Below, in pieces: positions 19,323-29,760 of a DNA stretch of 64,000 nucleotides. Numbering within the stretch: the stretch's first letter is position 1; every line of letters begins with the position of its first letter. The notes beneath the pieces were generated by a model, which was not told the origin of the DNA, made no database searches, and saw only the letters and a program-made list of their open reading frames with translations. Made by a program: the position numbers and the translations under genes. The stretch comes from Alphaproteobacteria bacterium. GTDB taxonomy: Bacteria; Pseudomonadota; Alphaproteobacteria; MPNO01; UBA830. The stretch lies in contig OZ251539.1 in the NCBI GenBank assembly GCA_965243135.1, forward strand, positions 4,032,001 to 4,096,000, written 5' to 3'.

Positions 19323-19487
19323 TTAGTGCCCGCCGCCCGGCCGGCGCCCCGCGGTCCGCTCCGCCCGCCTGCAAGGGTCGCGCAGGCGGGCGACTGCGAA
19401 ACAAAAACGGGCTGTTGCTCCGGCGTCGCGCGGCAAACTCGGGCCGGGCCGTTACGCGGACATGCGGCGGTGGAGCGGCTTGGATCG

Positions 19488-19600
19488 GAATCTGCGAAAA
19501 CGGCTTTCTCGGCGTGGCGAATTCGCAGTTTTCCGTACCCGAGGAAAGAAAATTCCGCGTCCCTGAAATACAATTGTATTTCAGGGCGTTATGAACAACG
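19488..19600 (+). repeat. Dispersed repeat, copy 1, with perfect 26-bp palindrome CCCTGAAATACAATTGTATTTCAGGG (19561-19586)
   Basis: 28-bp core AATTCGCAGTTTTCCGTACCCGAGGAAA (19520-19547) is identical to the reverse complement of 27475-27502; flanks similar. Confidence 0.8.
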
Positions 19601-20275
19601 CAAGAGTCTCGGCGACGGCGGTCGCCGCTCCGCTCGCGAGGCCGCAACTCATTGATGACCACGCCCCCGCGCTCGGAAAACGGACGAAAGCCGATTCGCC
19701 GCCCGGACTGCCTCGCGCATCGAGGGGCGGCGATCGTCGCGACAGGTCCGACGCAACGGCGCTGGTTTGCTTCGCTCCTCGCGATTTCCTTGACGGCGAT
19801 GAGCAGATCGTCGTCGATGCTCGCAGTGGTTGCATGATGCAGTCGCCGACGCCCATGACGCAAAGACGTCGCGCCGTCGAATTCCGCCGCGCGTGCGTCG
19901 CCGGAAAAGCTGGCGAAGCCGCGAGAAGGAGGCGACCCGAAGCGCGCCGCGACGGATTCGACGATCGTTCCGAAACCCGCGCCGACATCCGGGCCCCGAA
20001 GTTGGCCTCGACGTGCAGGCCGACCACCCGCCCGGAGCGCGGGCGGCCGCTCGGTCCGGTCGAACCTGTTCGTCCGCTTCCGAAACCCGTGCGGACAAGG
20101 GCGGACGCCGCGGCGGTTCCGAAAGGGCGAGCCAGGTTCGCCTTCTGGAATCGGACCTTCCGTATTCTTTCCGCAAGCGCCGCGCCTCCGAATGCCTGAA
20201 GCCGCCCGGCCCCGGGGTTCCGGACGGGCGGACATGTTGTATCATTCCGCCCTAAGCAAGTCGGAGGATCATCTC

Positions 20276-21712
20276 ATGTCCTACGCAGGGCCGGCCATCG
20301 ATTTGGCCGACCGTATCGACGATCGTGCGGAAACCGAACGCGAATTCCGCGTTCATCGCTCGGTGTTCGAAGACCGCGCGCTGTTCGACGCGGAAATGGA
20401 ATTCTGCTTCGAGCGCATGTGGAACTTCCTGTGCCACGAAAGCCAGATCCCCGACCCCGGCGATTATTGGGCCACGCATATCGGCACGCAGCCGGTATTC
20501 GTCCATCGACAGGAGAACGGCGCGCTCAAGGCTTTCGTCAACGCCTGCTCGCACCGCGGCGCCGTCCTCACGCCGTTCCGCAGCGGCAACGCGAAGACCC
20601 TCACCTGCCGCTTCCACGGGTGGAGCTACCGGTGCAGCGGAGAATGCATCGGCATCAAGAACGAGGAAGGCGGTTACGGCGCCGGCTTCGACCGCGCGCG
20701 CTACGATCTCACCCCGATCGCGAAAGTCGAAGAATATCGGGGTTTCGTTTTCGGCGCGTTGACGGACGAGGTTCCGGACCTCCGGGATCACCTGGGCGAA
20801 GCCAGGTTCTTCATCGACCTCTTCGCCGACCAGTCGCCCGACGGCCTCGAGATCGTGCGCGGATCGCAAACCTACGTTTGCGACCACGACTGGAAGGTGC
20901 AGGCGGACAACGTGACCGACGGCTATCACGTCTCCACGGTCCATCGAAACTTCATGAACACCATCCTCGCCCGCGAGGCCCGCGAACGGCCCGAAGGCCT
21001 GCTTCGCACCGAAGTCGGACGGATCAAGGGCGGCGTTCGGAACGGGCAATACTATCTGGGCAACGGCCACATGTGCATCTGGGCGGATCGCGCGAGTCCC
21101 GAGGGCGCGCCGCTGGCCCCGGCGACCGAATGGATAGAACGGGAGTTCGGCGCGGTCAGGGCGCAGTGGATGCTGCGGCGCGGACGCAATGTCCTCGTGT
21201 TTCCGAACCTCGTGCTTAACGATCTCGCCTCGACCCACCTGCGCACGCATCGCCCTCTGGAGCCCGGTCGATGCGAAGTGACCATATGGTGCATCGCCCC
21301 GAAGGGAGAACCGGAAGAAGCGCGCTTCGCCCGGCTAAGGAAGTTCGAGGACTTCTTTCTCGTCTCGGGCCTCTCCACGTCGGACGACGTCGTGTCTCTC
21401 GACACCGCCCAGGAAGGATTTCGCGGCCCTGAAACCGGCTGGAACAGTTACGATCGGGGACTCGGAACCCTGAAATCGGGTCCTGACGACGAGGCTTCCC
21501 GGGCGGGAATCGATCCGGTCTCCCATTGCGGAAGCTGGGATTACGAAGGCTGCTTCGTCGGTTGGTACCGCCATTGGCGCGAGCTGCTGGAGGAAGGTTC
21601 GAGGCGGCAGGAAGCAACCCGCCTGCGGGGCGCGTCCAGAAAGCGACCGTCCGAGACGCTGCAGCGGTCGGCCGGCGGAAAGGAACCGGCGATTCCCGTT
21701 CGACCGGCCTGA
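20276..21712 (+). CDS. Rieske aromatic ring-hydroxylating oxygenase alpha subunit (BenA-like)
   Basis: NACSHRG..TCRFHGW Rieske motif; WK..ADNVTDGYHVSTVH mononuclear-iron motif; GGAGG RBS. Confidence 0.92.
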   Translation: MSYAGPAIDLADRIDDRAETEREFRVHRSVFEDRALFDAEMEFCFERMWNFLCHESQIPDPGDYWATHIGTQPVFVHRQENGALKAFVNACSHRGAVLTPFRSGNAKTLTCRFHGWSYRCSGECIGIKNEEGGYGAGFDRARYDLTPIAKVEEYRGFVFGALTDEVPDLRDHLGEARFFIDLFADQSPDGLEIVRGSQTYVCDHDWKVQADNVTDGYHVSTVHRNFMNTILAREARERPEGLLRTEVGRIKGGVRNGQYYLGNGHMCIWADRASPEGAPLAPATEWIEREFGAVRAQWMLRRGRNVLVFPNLVLNDLASTHLRTHRPLEPGRCEVTIWCIAPKGEPEEARFARLRKFEDFFLVSGLSTSDDVVSLDTAQEGFRGPETGWNSYDRGLGTLKSGPDDEASRAGIDPVSHCGSWDYEGCFVGWYRHWRELLEEGSRRQEATRLRGASRKRPSETLQRSAGGKEPAIPVRPA

Positions 21713-21924
21713 CCCTCGCTCCCCGTCAACGCGAAGATGCCCGTTCCTTGCGCGGCGCTGCGGGAGGTCGCCGAACGACCTGCGGTCCCGGCGCGCCGCG
21801 GCGGTCTTGCGCGCCGGAACCCGGAACGTCGACATGCCGGAATCCGGCGGAGCGACGGTGCGGCGGAAAGACAGAACGCGGATCTGCCGCCCGGCCCTCT
21901 CGGCGGTTCGCCCAAGAGCGAAAA

Positions 21925-22008
21925 ATAGGAGTATCCGTTTTCGTCGCGATGCTGGTTGTGTTGGCCGTCGCGCTCGTCTTCATGGGCGTGAAGACGGTGC
22001 CGCCCGGA
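21925..22008 (+). pseudogene. Possible N-terminal remnant of an SPFH/Band7 (QmcA-like) gene
   Basis: GVSVFVAMLVVLAVALVFMGVKTVPPG resembles the TM + VKTVPQG start of SPFH proteins; nothing follows. Confidence 0.4.
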
Positions 22009-22494
22009 AGTTCCCGGAGCCAGCTCCGCCGCCGGGACCGCGCGCGACCGCGCCGCAAGTCCCGGGGCAGCGAGGTGTAGTGCAGTGTAGTTCAGCGCCG
22101 TTCGGCGGGCCCCATGACGGCGATTCGTCGCCGCTCGCATGATCGCCGGTCTCGGCAAGACGGCCGGAGTCGTCGATAGCCGTCGGCAGCGCTTCGAGGC
22201 GTGCCGACGTATCCGCCTTCCGCACGCCTTGAGGCAACAACGTCGCCCGCTGTCGTTTCAGCTTCTGGTCCCGGCTGGACCGGCCATGCCCTCGGCACGG
22301 CTCTTGTCGACGTCCAGCCCCCAACAACGATCCCCCGACTCCTCGGTGTCCTTGCCTTCGGTTTCGTTACGCCTCGTCAGCCGCTCGTCCACCGCACCAT
22401 CTCCGCGGCAAGCGCGTTCATTCTTTGCGGTCAAGTCGGGGGCATGGCGCCAAGTTGCGATTCACGGCAAGCGGAATGGCGCGGCTTCCAGAGT

Positions 22495-22961
22495 CTGGCC
22501 TCCGAAGAGTTGACCGTCATCAGGACCACGCGAGCCGGCCGATCTTGCCCCCATATCCGCAATACGAGATCATCGACGCGGATCCTGGCGGCGAAACTCC
22601 AGACCCGCATGCCCGCATAGCCTGCAGGCGGTCAGCCAAAGCCCGCGACGCGGGGACCGAGCCGGCAAGCATTTCCGCCTCCCACGCAGGACAGGCGAGG
22701 TCGCTCATGCTCAGCGCCCGGTGTCGCGCTTCGTCCAGGCTATAGGTTCGACCTCGACCTCGTAGGCGCAAAGGGCAAGCGGTCCGTCGGCCCAGCGGCT
22801 TTGCCTCGCGTATGGCCGTCCGAGCGAGGTGGCCGGAACGCCACGCCGGTTGAAACGCCCGCCGTGACGGCGCGCCCTCGCCGGAAAGCGGCGTCCAGGA
22901 CCAGTGCGCGCCCGGTAAACCAGCCCTTGGAACCGCGTCAGGAGAGTGCGGGATCAGGCAT
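22495..22961 (-). pseudogene. RES-domain toxin, heavily degraded
   Basis: Fragments across frames: FQGLVYRA, WSWTPLSGEGA, HGGRFNRRGVPA, LCAYEV, DLACPAWEAEML..SRALADRL; directly downstream of the antitoxin. Confidence 0.75.
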
Positions 22962-23304
22962 AGCCGCCCGCCATGACCCGGTCGAGATAGGCATGGACCT
23001 GGTCGGCCTTGCCCTCGCGCAGCAACAGATCCGGCGTGGCGCCGCCGAAACCCGGCAGCGGCTCCGCCCGGAACCAGGCATAGGCGGCGAGCGGCGATCC
23101 AGTCTCCGCTTCGACGCGGTTCAGGATTTCCAGCATCTGACGTAGGAGAACCTGGGTCTTGCGCGCCCGGATGCGCGATGCGCGCGAGAACGCGTCACGG
23201 CCAAGACCCAGAGTGCCGGCGATTTCGGACTTGGTGGTGCGCAACGCCTCGGCGATGAGCGCGGGGGAGAGTACCTCATCCTCGACGAATTTCTGGAACC
23301 GCAT
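22954..23304 (-). CDS. Xre/MbcA/ParS (DUF2384) antitoxin
   Basis: HTH-like N-terminus; AYAWFRAEPLPGFGGATPDLLLREG..GGYA. Confidence 0.88.
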   Translation of the reverse strand: MRFQKFVEDEVLSPALIAEALRTTKSEIAGTLGLGRDAFSRASRIRARKTQVLLRQMLEILNRVEAETGSPLAAYAWFRAEPLPGFGGATPDLLLREGKADQVHAYLDRVMAGGYA

Positions 23305-23945
23305 GCTCGCTCCTCATGGTTATTGACGTAATATGGGGCAATGAAGGGTGTGATGCGACGCAACCCGTGACGCAAGAGTTCCCGAGTAGCGAATTCTACG
23401 GCCTCCATCGACGGGAAGCAGGCGGCGGCGGTCGAAGTTCGCGACCGGTGTCCTCGGCGCGCGGTCGCGCAGGGTTCCGGCAACCCGACTGACGGTCGTC
23501 GGCGAAACCGGTCAGCCGGCCGGCAGGATCCAGCCAACCTTGCGGGTGGACTGCGCCGAGGCGAAAAAGGTCCGCGACCTGGCGGCGCCGACAGAACGAT
23601 CTTTTCGGCACCATGCGCAAGGTGCGAATCCGAACTCTCGAAGACGGACGCGCCGCCTCCGGATTCTGCTCGCGGAACTCGGCGCCGTCGACGGAAACGC
23701 AGGCCGTGCGGCCGGAACGTCGTCGGGCGGGTCTTGAGACCAAACGCGATGCCGGACAGCGCCGCGCTCTGCTGAAAACCATCGGAGCCTGCGCGTAGAC
23801 GGACAGCGGCATCGTTTGTTGAAGCGAACTGAAATTGCGGCGGTCCTTTGCTTTTCAGCGCCAGGAAGCCGTAAGCGCCAGACCTGCCGGTCCCCCACAA
23901 AGGTTTTGCTGAACTCCGGCCGACCGATTCGCTACGGTGCCCAGC

Positions 23946-24380
23946 ATGGAGTTCCAGAATCAGGTTCGGCAAAGCCTCCGGGATGATTTTGCACGCTTGC
24001 AGGGGTTGCTGGCGAACGAGGTCTTCGCTCGCCGCGGCGAGGCCGCGTGTGCGAAGCATTTCGGAACGGGCTTGGCCGCCTGCAGCGAGCGGGCTGTTTG
24101 AAGGCGTTGGCGGAGTTCGAGGCGGCGGGACGGATTTCGCTGCCGTCGCCGACGCGGGGAGGCGTGCGGCGTCCGCGGCGCCTTGCGGAGCCGGTTCCTC
24201 CGCCGAAGAGCGTGCCGAAGGATGTCGGTCGAGGGTCTGGAGTTGGTGCCAGTGACGGGCATCGCCGGGTATGGAACACGATGCTGGAGGAGGAGCGCGG
24301 CGGCGGGCCGTTGGTCGGTTGTCAGTTGCGTTGTGGGGTCGGCTCATGGCTGGCTGGGGGCTGTCGGGTTCGCGGCGGCG
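23946..24380 (+). pseudogene. N-terminal remnant of DUF4338-containing IS4-type transposase
   Basis: Fragments CEAF..GRLQRAGCLKAL, VWNTMLEEE..GPLVGCQLR, GSAHGWLGAVGFAAA in shifting frames. Confidence 0.6.
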
Positions 24381-24693
24381 CAAGGGCGCACTGCCCGCTA
24401 TCAACTCCGACGCGCAGGGCGCGGGCCGCTGCAGCCCGGCGACAGCCTTGCCGGCTGCGCGGGCGAAGCCGAACCCCGGCGAGCAGCCTGCCGTTTGGCT
24501 AACGACGATCCCCCAACTCCCCCTCGAACGACTTCAGCTTCTTCAGCGCCTCGTCGGTCACTTCCCCCCAATGCCGTCGCGCAGGAAAGCAAGACGCGAC
24601 CATTGCGCAAAGACGAAACCAGGCGCCGCGTCGGGAGAACCTCCGAGGCTCTTGAACCGGCACGGGGACGTCCTCCCGGCGCTGGCTGGCGGT

Positions 24694-26241
24694 TCAGACG
24701 GTCTCGAACTCGAACCCGACGATGTTGCGTTCTTCCCGGCCGAACTCGATCCCGATCAGGTGGACCGGCACGCCCGGACGCCGGTACTTGTCCGCGTAGC
24801 CGCGCTCCCGAATCTGCGCCAGCGCCCGGCCTTGCGGCTTCCCGTCCGCGACCTTGAACTCGAACAGGTAGACGCCGCCGCCGTACAGGACCGCCAGGTC
24901 CGAGCGGCCGCGCGCCGTGCTCTCCTCCGCGCGGACCTCCATCCCCGCCGCCACGAAGTGCGAGTAGAACACGCTCGCGTAGTGCGCTTCGTAGCCCGCC
25001 ATGCCCGTGTTCGCGTACCACTCGTTCGGGATGCTCGCCAGGAACGCCCGGAACAGCCGCTCGAGGCCCGCGAAGTCGTTCGCCCGCATCAGGCGGCGCA
25101 ACTCCCGGCTCCCCGCCGCGACCGCGACGTCCGGCGCCATCGCCTCCAGCAGGAGCGCGTTCAGGCTGCGCTTCACCTCATGGTTCGGGTAGTCCAGCCG
25201 GTAAAGAAGCGCGTCGTCGTCCAGTTCCTCGTCGGCGATGGTCAGATAGCCGGTCTGGAACAGCAGCGCCTCGACGGGGATGCGGTCGATGTCGATGGCC
25301 GACAGCAACGCGTCGTCCGCGATCATGCCCTCCAGGGCCGGCGCCGCGACCCCGCGCCGCGACAGAAGGTCGGCGAGGAAGGTCGGCGTGCCGGTCCGGA
25401 ACCAGTGCGCCTCGAACTGGCGGCGCCGGAAAAGCAGCAGGACATCGTACGGGTTGTAGAGTTTCTCCGCGCCTCGCCAGTTGTAGCCGTTGTACCAGCG
25501 GCGGACCTTGTCCCGGTCAAGGCCCTCGAGTTCCGGGGCGAAGACCGCGTCCAGTTCCACGTCCGTGTAGCCGCAGATGGACGAGAACTCCGGCTCCAGC
25601 GTAATGTCGATCAGGTTGTTCAGGCCCGAGAACAGGCCCGCCTGCGAGAACTTGCTCACCCCCGTCAGGAAAACGAAACGGAGCTGCTCGTCGCAGGCCT
25701 TGATAACCCCGTACAGGCTGCGCAGGAAGTCGCGGTTGGCCAGCGCCAGTTCCCGGTCGCCGAGCGCGTCCAGGATCGGCTTGTCGTATTCGTCCACCAG
25801 AACGACCGCCCGCCGCCCGGTGCGCTCGTGCAGGGCCTCGATCAACTCGTGGAAACGAACCGCCGCCCCGGCGGGGCCCGGTTCGAGGCCGGCGCGCCTC
25901 TCCGTCGCCGCCAGTTGCCGCTCCACGGTGCCCCGAACTCCGTCCGGAGTGTCGAAACGGCCCACGCCGCTGAAATCCAGCCGCACGACCGGATGGCGGG
26001 CCGACCAGTCCCACTTGCCGTGCACGGCGAGGCCCCGGAACAACTCCTCGCTTCCCTCGAACAGCTTCTGCAGCGTGTCCACCAGCAGGCTCTTGCCGAA
26101 CCGGCGCGGACGCGACAGGAAATAGTACTTGCCCCTCTCGACGAGGCGGCGCAAAAGGTCCGTCTTGTCGACGTAGTAGCAGTCCATCCTCCGGATCTCC
26201 CGGAGGGAAGTCATCCCGGTCGGAAGCATGCGTTTTTCCAT
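24694..26241 (-). CDS. AAA-ATPase-like + PD-(D/E)XK nuclease (DUF1703/PDDEXK_9) protein
   Basis: YYVDKT, FLSRPRRFGKSLL, LVDEYDKP, FLTGVSKFS, WYNGY, GRSDL..YLFEFK..ALAQIRERGY. Confidence 0.92.
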   Translation of the reverse strand: MEKRMLPTGMTSLREIRRMDCYYVDKTDLLRRLVERGKYYFLSRPRRFGKSLLVDTLQKLFEGSEELFRGLAVHGKWDWSARHPVVRLDFSGVGRFDTPDGVRGTVERQLAATERRAGLEPGPAGAAVRFHELIEALHERTGRRAVVLVDEYDKPILDALGDRELALANRDFLRSLYGVIKACDEQLRFVFLTGVSKFSQAGLFSGLNNLIDITLEPEFSSICGYTDVELDAVFAPELEGLDRDKVRRWYNGYNWRGAEKLYNPYDVLLLFRRRQFEAHWFRTGTPTFLADLLSRRGVAAPALEGMIADDALLSAIDIDRIPVEALLFQTGYLTIADEELDDDALLYRLDYPNHEVKRSLNALLLEAMAPDVAVAAGSRELRRLMRANDFAGLERLFRAFLASIPNEWYANTGMAGYEAHYASVFYSHFVAAGMEVRAEESTARGRSDLAVLYGGGVYLFEFKVADGKPQGRALAQIRERGYADKYRRPGVPVHLIGIEFGREERNIVGFEFETV

Positions 26242-26643
26242 CCGGTCAGAATAGGCTGCCGCAACGGAAACGGTCAATTGGTTCGGTGTGGAGGGCCCGG
26301 CGGGCAGCGGGGTCGAATGCCCGAACGCGTTCCGCGAGCATCCATGACGCGCGTGAATTCCGTCGGCGGCCGGGTGTCGAGGAAAACGCGCAGAAGAATT
26401 GCCGGCGAAGCGGCGTCGCCCCGCCGGTCTTGCCGCCCCAGGGAAAAGCCGTTCGTTCCCGCGGAAATTCGAGGATGCGATCGTACGTTCGGAATGAACT
26501 CCGAAACAGTCGGGCCAACGGTCCGACGCGCAAGGCGTTCGGAACGGATTTCGCCCGGGCGGCCCGTGCGCTTTCCGCGAGCTATGTTGATGCGGTGCGG
26601 CGAAGATGCGAAACTCGCGGCCTTAACGGCAGGAGATCCCGTT

Positions 26644-27201
26644 ATGGCCAGCGACACGGTCACCATCAAGAAATACGCCAACCGCCGCCTTTACAACACT
26701 TCCACAAGCTCTTACGTCACGCTCGAAGATCTCGCCCAAATGGTGAAAGACGATATCGAATTCATCGTGCGCGACGCCAAAACCGGCGAAGACATCACCC
26801 GTTCGGTACTCACCCAGATCATCGTCGAACAGGAAGCCAAGGGACACCATCTGCTGCCGACCGGCTTCCTGCGCCAGCTCATCGGCTTCTACGGAGACAA
26901 TCTGCAGGGACTGCTGCCGCAATATCTCGATATGACCATGCAGTCCTTCGCCCGCAACCAAGAACAGATGCGCGGTTACATGGAGGACGCGCTCGGCGGT
27001 TCGTTCTCTTCGCTCGAGGAAATCGGCCGCAAGAACATGGCTATCTTCGAACAGGCGATGAGCATGATGACGCCTTTCGGCGCAAGATCCGCCCCGGCAT
27101 CTTCCGGAGATTCCTCGGCTGAAGCCCTCGAAGCGCTCAAATCGCAGATGGAATCGATGCAAAAGCAGCTGGATTCGCTTTTCGCGGCGCAAAAGCACTG
27201 A
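26644..27201 (+). CDS. phaR: Polyhydroxyalkanoate synthesis repressor
   Basis: IKKYANRRLYNTSTSSYVTLEDLAQMVK..DAKTGEDITRSVLTQIIVEQE. Confidence 0.95.
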   Translation: MASDTVTIKKYANRRLYNTSTSSYVTLEDLAQMVKDDIEFIVRDAKTGEDITRSVLTQIIVEQEAKGHHLLPTGFLRQLIGFYGDNLQGLLPQYLDMTMQSFARNQEQMRGYMEDALGGSFSSLEEIGRKNMAIFEQAMSMMTPFGARSAPASSGDSSAEALEALKSQMESMQKQLDSLFAAQKH

Positions 27202-27419
27202 AGTGCGATGCATCGATCTGGTTGAATCCTTTGGGTGGAGTTTGAGAAAAGTTTTTCGTAGACTTTTCCGGGTGATTCGGTGCGATTTGTCCTTGGATGA
27301 AGGAATTTCCTGATGTCGCCGTGACTTGTCCAGTGGTAACTTCGGCTTCTCGGCGCACCTTCCGGGAGTGTGGGCCGCCTTGGCGGGAATTTCTGCACCG
27401 TTGCCGACAGTGTGAGTCG

Positions 27420-27534
27420 CGTGCGCTGTCCGCAACGCCTTGAAATGCGGACAACTTTCAGGAGTACCGAATTTTTTCCTCGGGTACGGAAAACTGCGAA
27501 TTTTCCGCGCCGGGACCGCGATTTTCGCAGATTC
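27420..27534 (-). repeat. Dispersed repeat, copy 2 (inverted relative to 19488-19600)
   Basis: Reverse complement reads GAATCTGCGAAAA..AATTCGCAGTTTTCCGTACCCGAGGAAA..CCTGAAA..ATTTCAAGGCGTT. Confidence 0.8.
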
Positions 27535-28048
27535 GACCCCACGGCCGGCCGGGCGCCGCCCCTGGCCGCCTGCGTTCAGGCCACGGCCCGGCTTGCACCG
27601 GGTTCGCGGTGCGGCAACACTCGCCTTCGTTGTGTAACTACTCTGAGCCGTAGGCCATAGAAACCCGTTCCGCGAGATTTTTTCGCGGCGGCGCTTGCCG
27701 TTCGAGAGGAGCGTGACGCTGAGGGCTGTCCCGTCTGTCTTCGCGCCGTGACGCCCGAACGCGGAACGGTTATGTCGGCGAGCGGCGCGACGCCGGCAAA
27801 ACCACCAGTTGCACGGGGCGAGCAGGCCATGAGAGTTTATTCTGAAGACTGAGCACCCGCGAGGCCCTTGCGGCCCGTCGGCGGGGTGTTCCAGGGACCG
27901 GGCGGCGTCGGCCGGGCGGCGGGCCGACAAAAATGGCGCGGCGCAACCACCTCGTTTCCTCTTGAATATTTCATAAGTGGATTATAAGTTCGTCTTATAG
28001 ATTGACTGTCGGCATGCGCGCCCCGCCGACCGGAGAGGAGACGGAACG

Positions 28049-29057
28049 ATGAGCGACGACGCCAAGTACAAGTCCCTGTTCAGCCATCCTCGGGTGTGCC
28101 GCGACCTGCTGCGCAGCATCGTTTCGAAAGAACTGGCCGACCGGCTCGACTTCGACACCCTGCAGGCGATGCCGACGGAGTTCGTGGACGCCCGGCTGGG
28201 GCAGCAGCGCAGCGACATGGTCTGGCGCGTGAACTTCCGCGAGGGAGGAGGCGAACTCTACGTCGTCGTCCTGACGGAGTTCCAGTCGACGGTCGACCAG
28301 GACATGCCGCTGCGCATGGTCAAGTACACGTCGCAAATATACACGGAGCTGCGGAAGGAGAAGCGGTCGCCCGGCGAGAAGCTGCCGCCGGTGGTGCCGG
28401 TGGTGGTCTACAGCGGGGAGGCGCGGTGGTCGGCACCGCGGGAGGGAGATGGTCGGGCCGGTCGACGAGGAGCTTGAGCCGTACCAACTGCAACGCTACT
28501 TTCTGCTTGACCTTCGCCGGCTGGGCGTCGAGGATGCGATGCCGGACAACGTGCTGTACGCGCAGGCGTTGGTCGAACAAGGCCGGTGGGAGGATCTGCG
28601 GCCGGCGCTGTCGGCGTTGCAGGAGGCGACCGATCCGGAGGCGGACGTGCAGCTTCGCAGCCTGTTTGCGGCGTTGGTGCGTCAGGCGGCGGAAGGCAGC
28701 GGGCAGGTGAGCGGCGAGACGCTGAAGAAGCTGAAGTCGTTCGAGGAGACAGGGGAGTTGGGAGAGATGGGATCGTTGTTGGCCAAACGGATGGATCAGG
28801 CTGTCGACGAGAGTCGGGCCGAAGGCAGGGAGCTGGGGCTGACCGAGGGCAGGGAGCAAGGGCTGGAACGACAGCGGGCGATCTTGTTGCGTCTGGCGGC
28901 GCGGAAGTTCGATGCGGGCACGGCGACGCGCCTCGAGGCGCTGCTGGCCGCGATCGACGATCCCGACCGTCTTGCCGTGCTCGGCGATCACGTGATCGAC
29001 AGCGACGACGGCGAGGAGTTGCTGTCGCGCGTGACGGGCGCCCTCAGACTGCACTGA
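28049..29057 (+). pseudogene. Rpn/YhgA-like recombination-promoting nuclease, one frameshift near 28445
   Basis: DAKYKSLFSHP, RSDMVWRV, EFQSTVDQDMPLRM, LPPVVPVVVYSG; C-terminal EGRELG..RLAARKF in the next frame. Confidence 0.85.
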
Positions 29058-29272
29058 GCCGCGCCTCGCCCCCGGAGCTTGCGGCGCGGTCGCGCCCGGC
29101 GGCGGAGCGAAGCTGCCGGTCCCCGCCCCGGCGCTCTTCCGGCTGAACATGCCCGCGGCAGCCGGAGAACGGACCCGGAAGCAGGCGCGAAAAAGGGCGC
29201 AGCGCAAACGCCCCGGTGTGGACTTGGGTTCGTGTCGGGCTAAAATGTAGCCTGATCACGAAGGGGCCGGCC

Positions 29273-29521
29273 ATGAGCACTGTCGTTCGCGCACGCATCG
29301 ATGAAAACCAAGGAAGACGCCGCCGCCGTGCTGAGCGCGATCGGCCTCACGGTGTCCGATGCCTTCCGCCTGATGATGGTGCGGATCGCCGCCGAGAGAC
29401 GGCTACCATTCGAACCCTTGGCGCCCAACGACGAGACGATCGAAGCCATGAAACCGCCCGGCGCGGTGAATTGGTCGACGTGGGCGGCGTGGACGAGTTG
29501 ATGGCCGACGTGGACGATTAG
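29273..29521 (+). pseudogene. RelB/DinJ antitoxin, frameshifted
   Basis: MSTVVRARIDE / KEDAAAVLSAIGLTVSDAFRLMMVRIAAERRLPFEPLAPNDETIEAM / ARRGEL split over frames. Confidence 0.8.
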
Positions 29522-29760
29522 GCGGACTGCGGCCTTCAAGCGAGACAACAAACGCGAAATCAGGGGCCGACACGCCAAGACCCTCCCCGAGGAGGCCGTT
29601 GTGGCCGGGCCGACCGGGTTCTGTCGCAGCGTCATCACGACCATGCCCTGACCGTGGAAGGATCGCCGCGACTGCCACATTCGGCCCGATATGCTTCTGC
29701 CGTAAGCCGGATGCTGACCATCTGGTGCGCTTGGGCTCTCACAGCGAACTTGGTTTTTAA
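29510..29760 (+). pseudogene. YafQ-family toxin, degraded
   Basis: TIRRTAAFKRD.KRE, HHDHALT, WKDRRDCHIRPD, LGSHSELGF-stop in broken frames. Confidence 0.78.

Larger units (their letters stand above)
12641..19418. repeat. Tandem triplication (units about 12641-13688, 13689-14958, 14959-19418); third unit interrupted by intron and IS
   Basis: Each unit = last 160-195 nt of the autotransporter gene + spacer + small coiled-coil gene + its upstream region; junction microhomology TCCGACGCCG (12641) / TCCGGCGTCG (19419). Confidence 0.9.

Noticed and set aside
28049-29057. Programmed frameshift or phase variation in the Rpn gene
   Set aside because: The break lies in GGGAGGGAG with no long homopolymer or slippery heptamer; more likely simple decay or a read error
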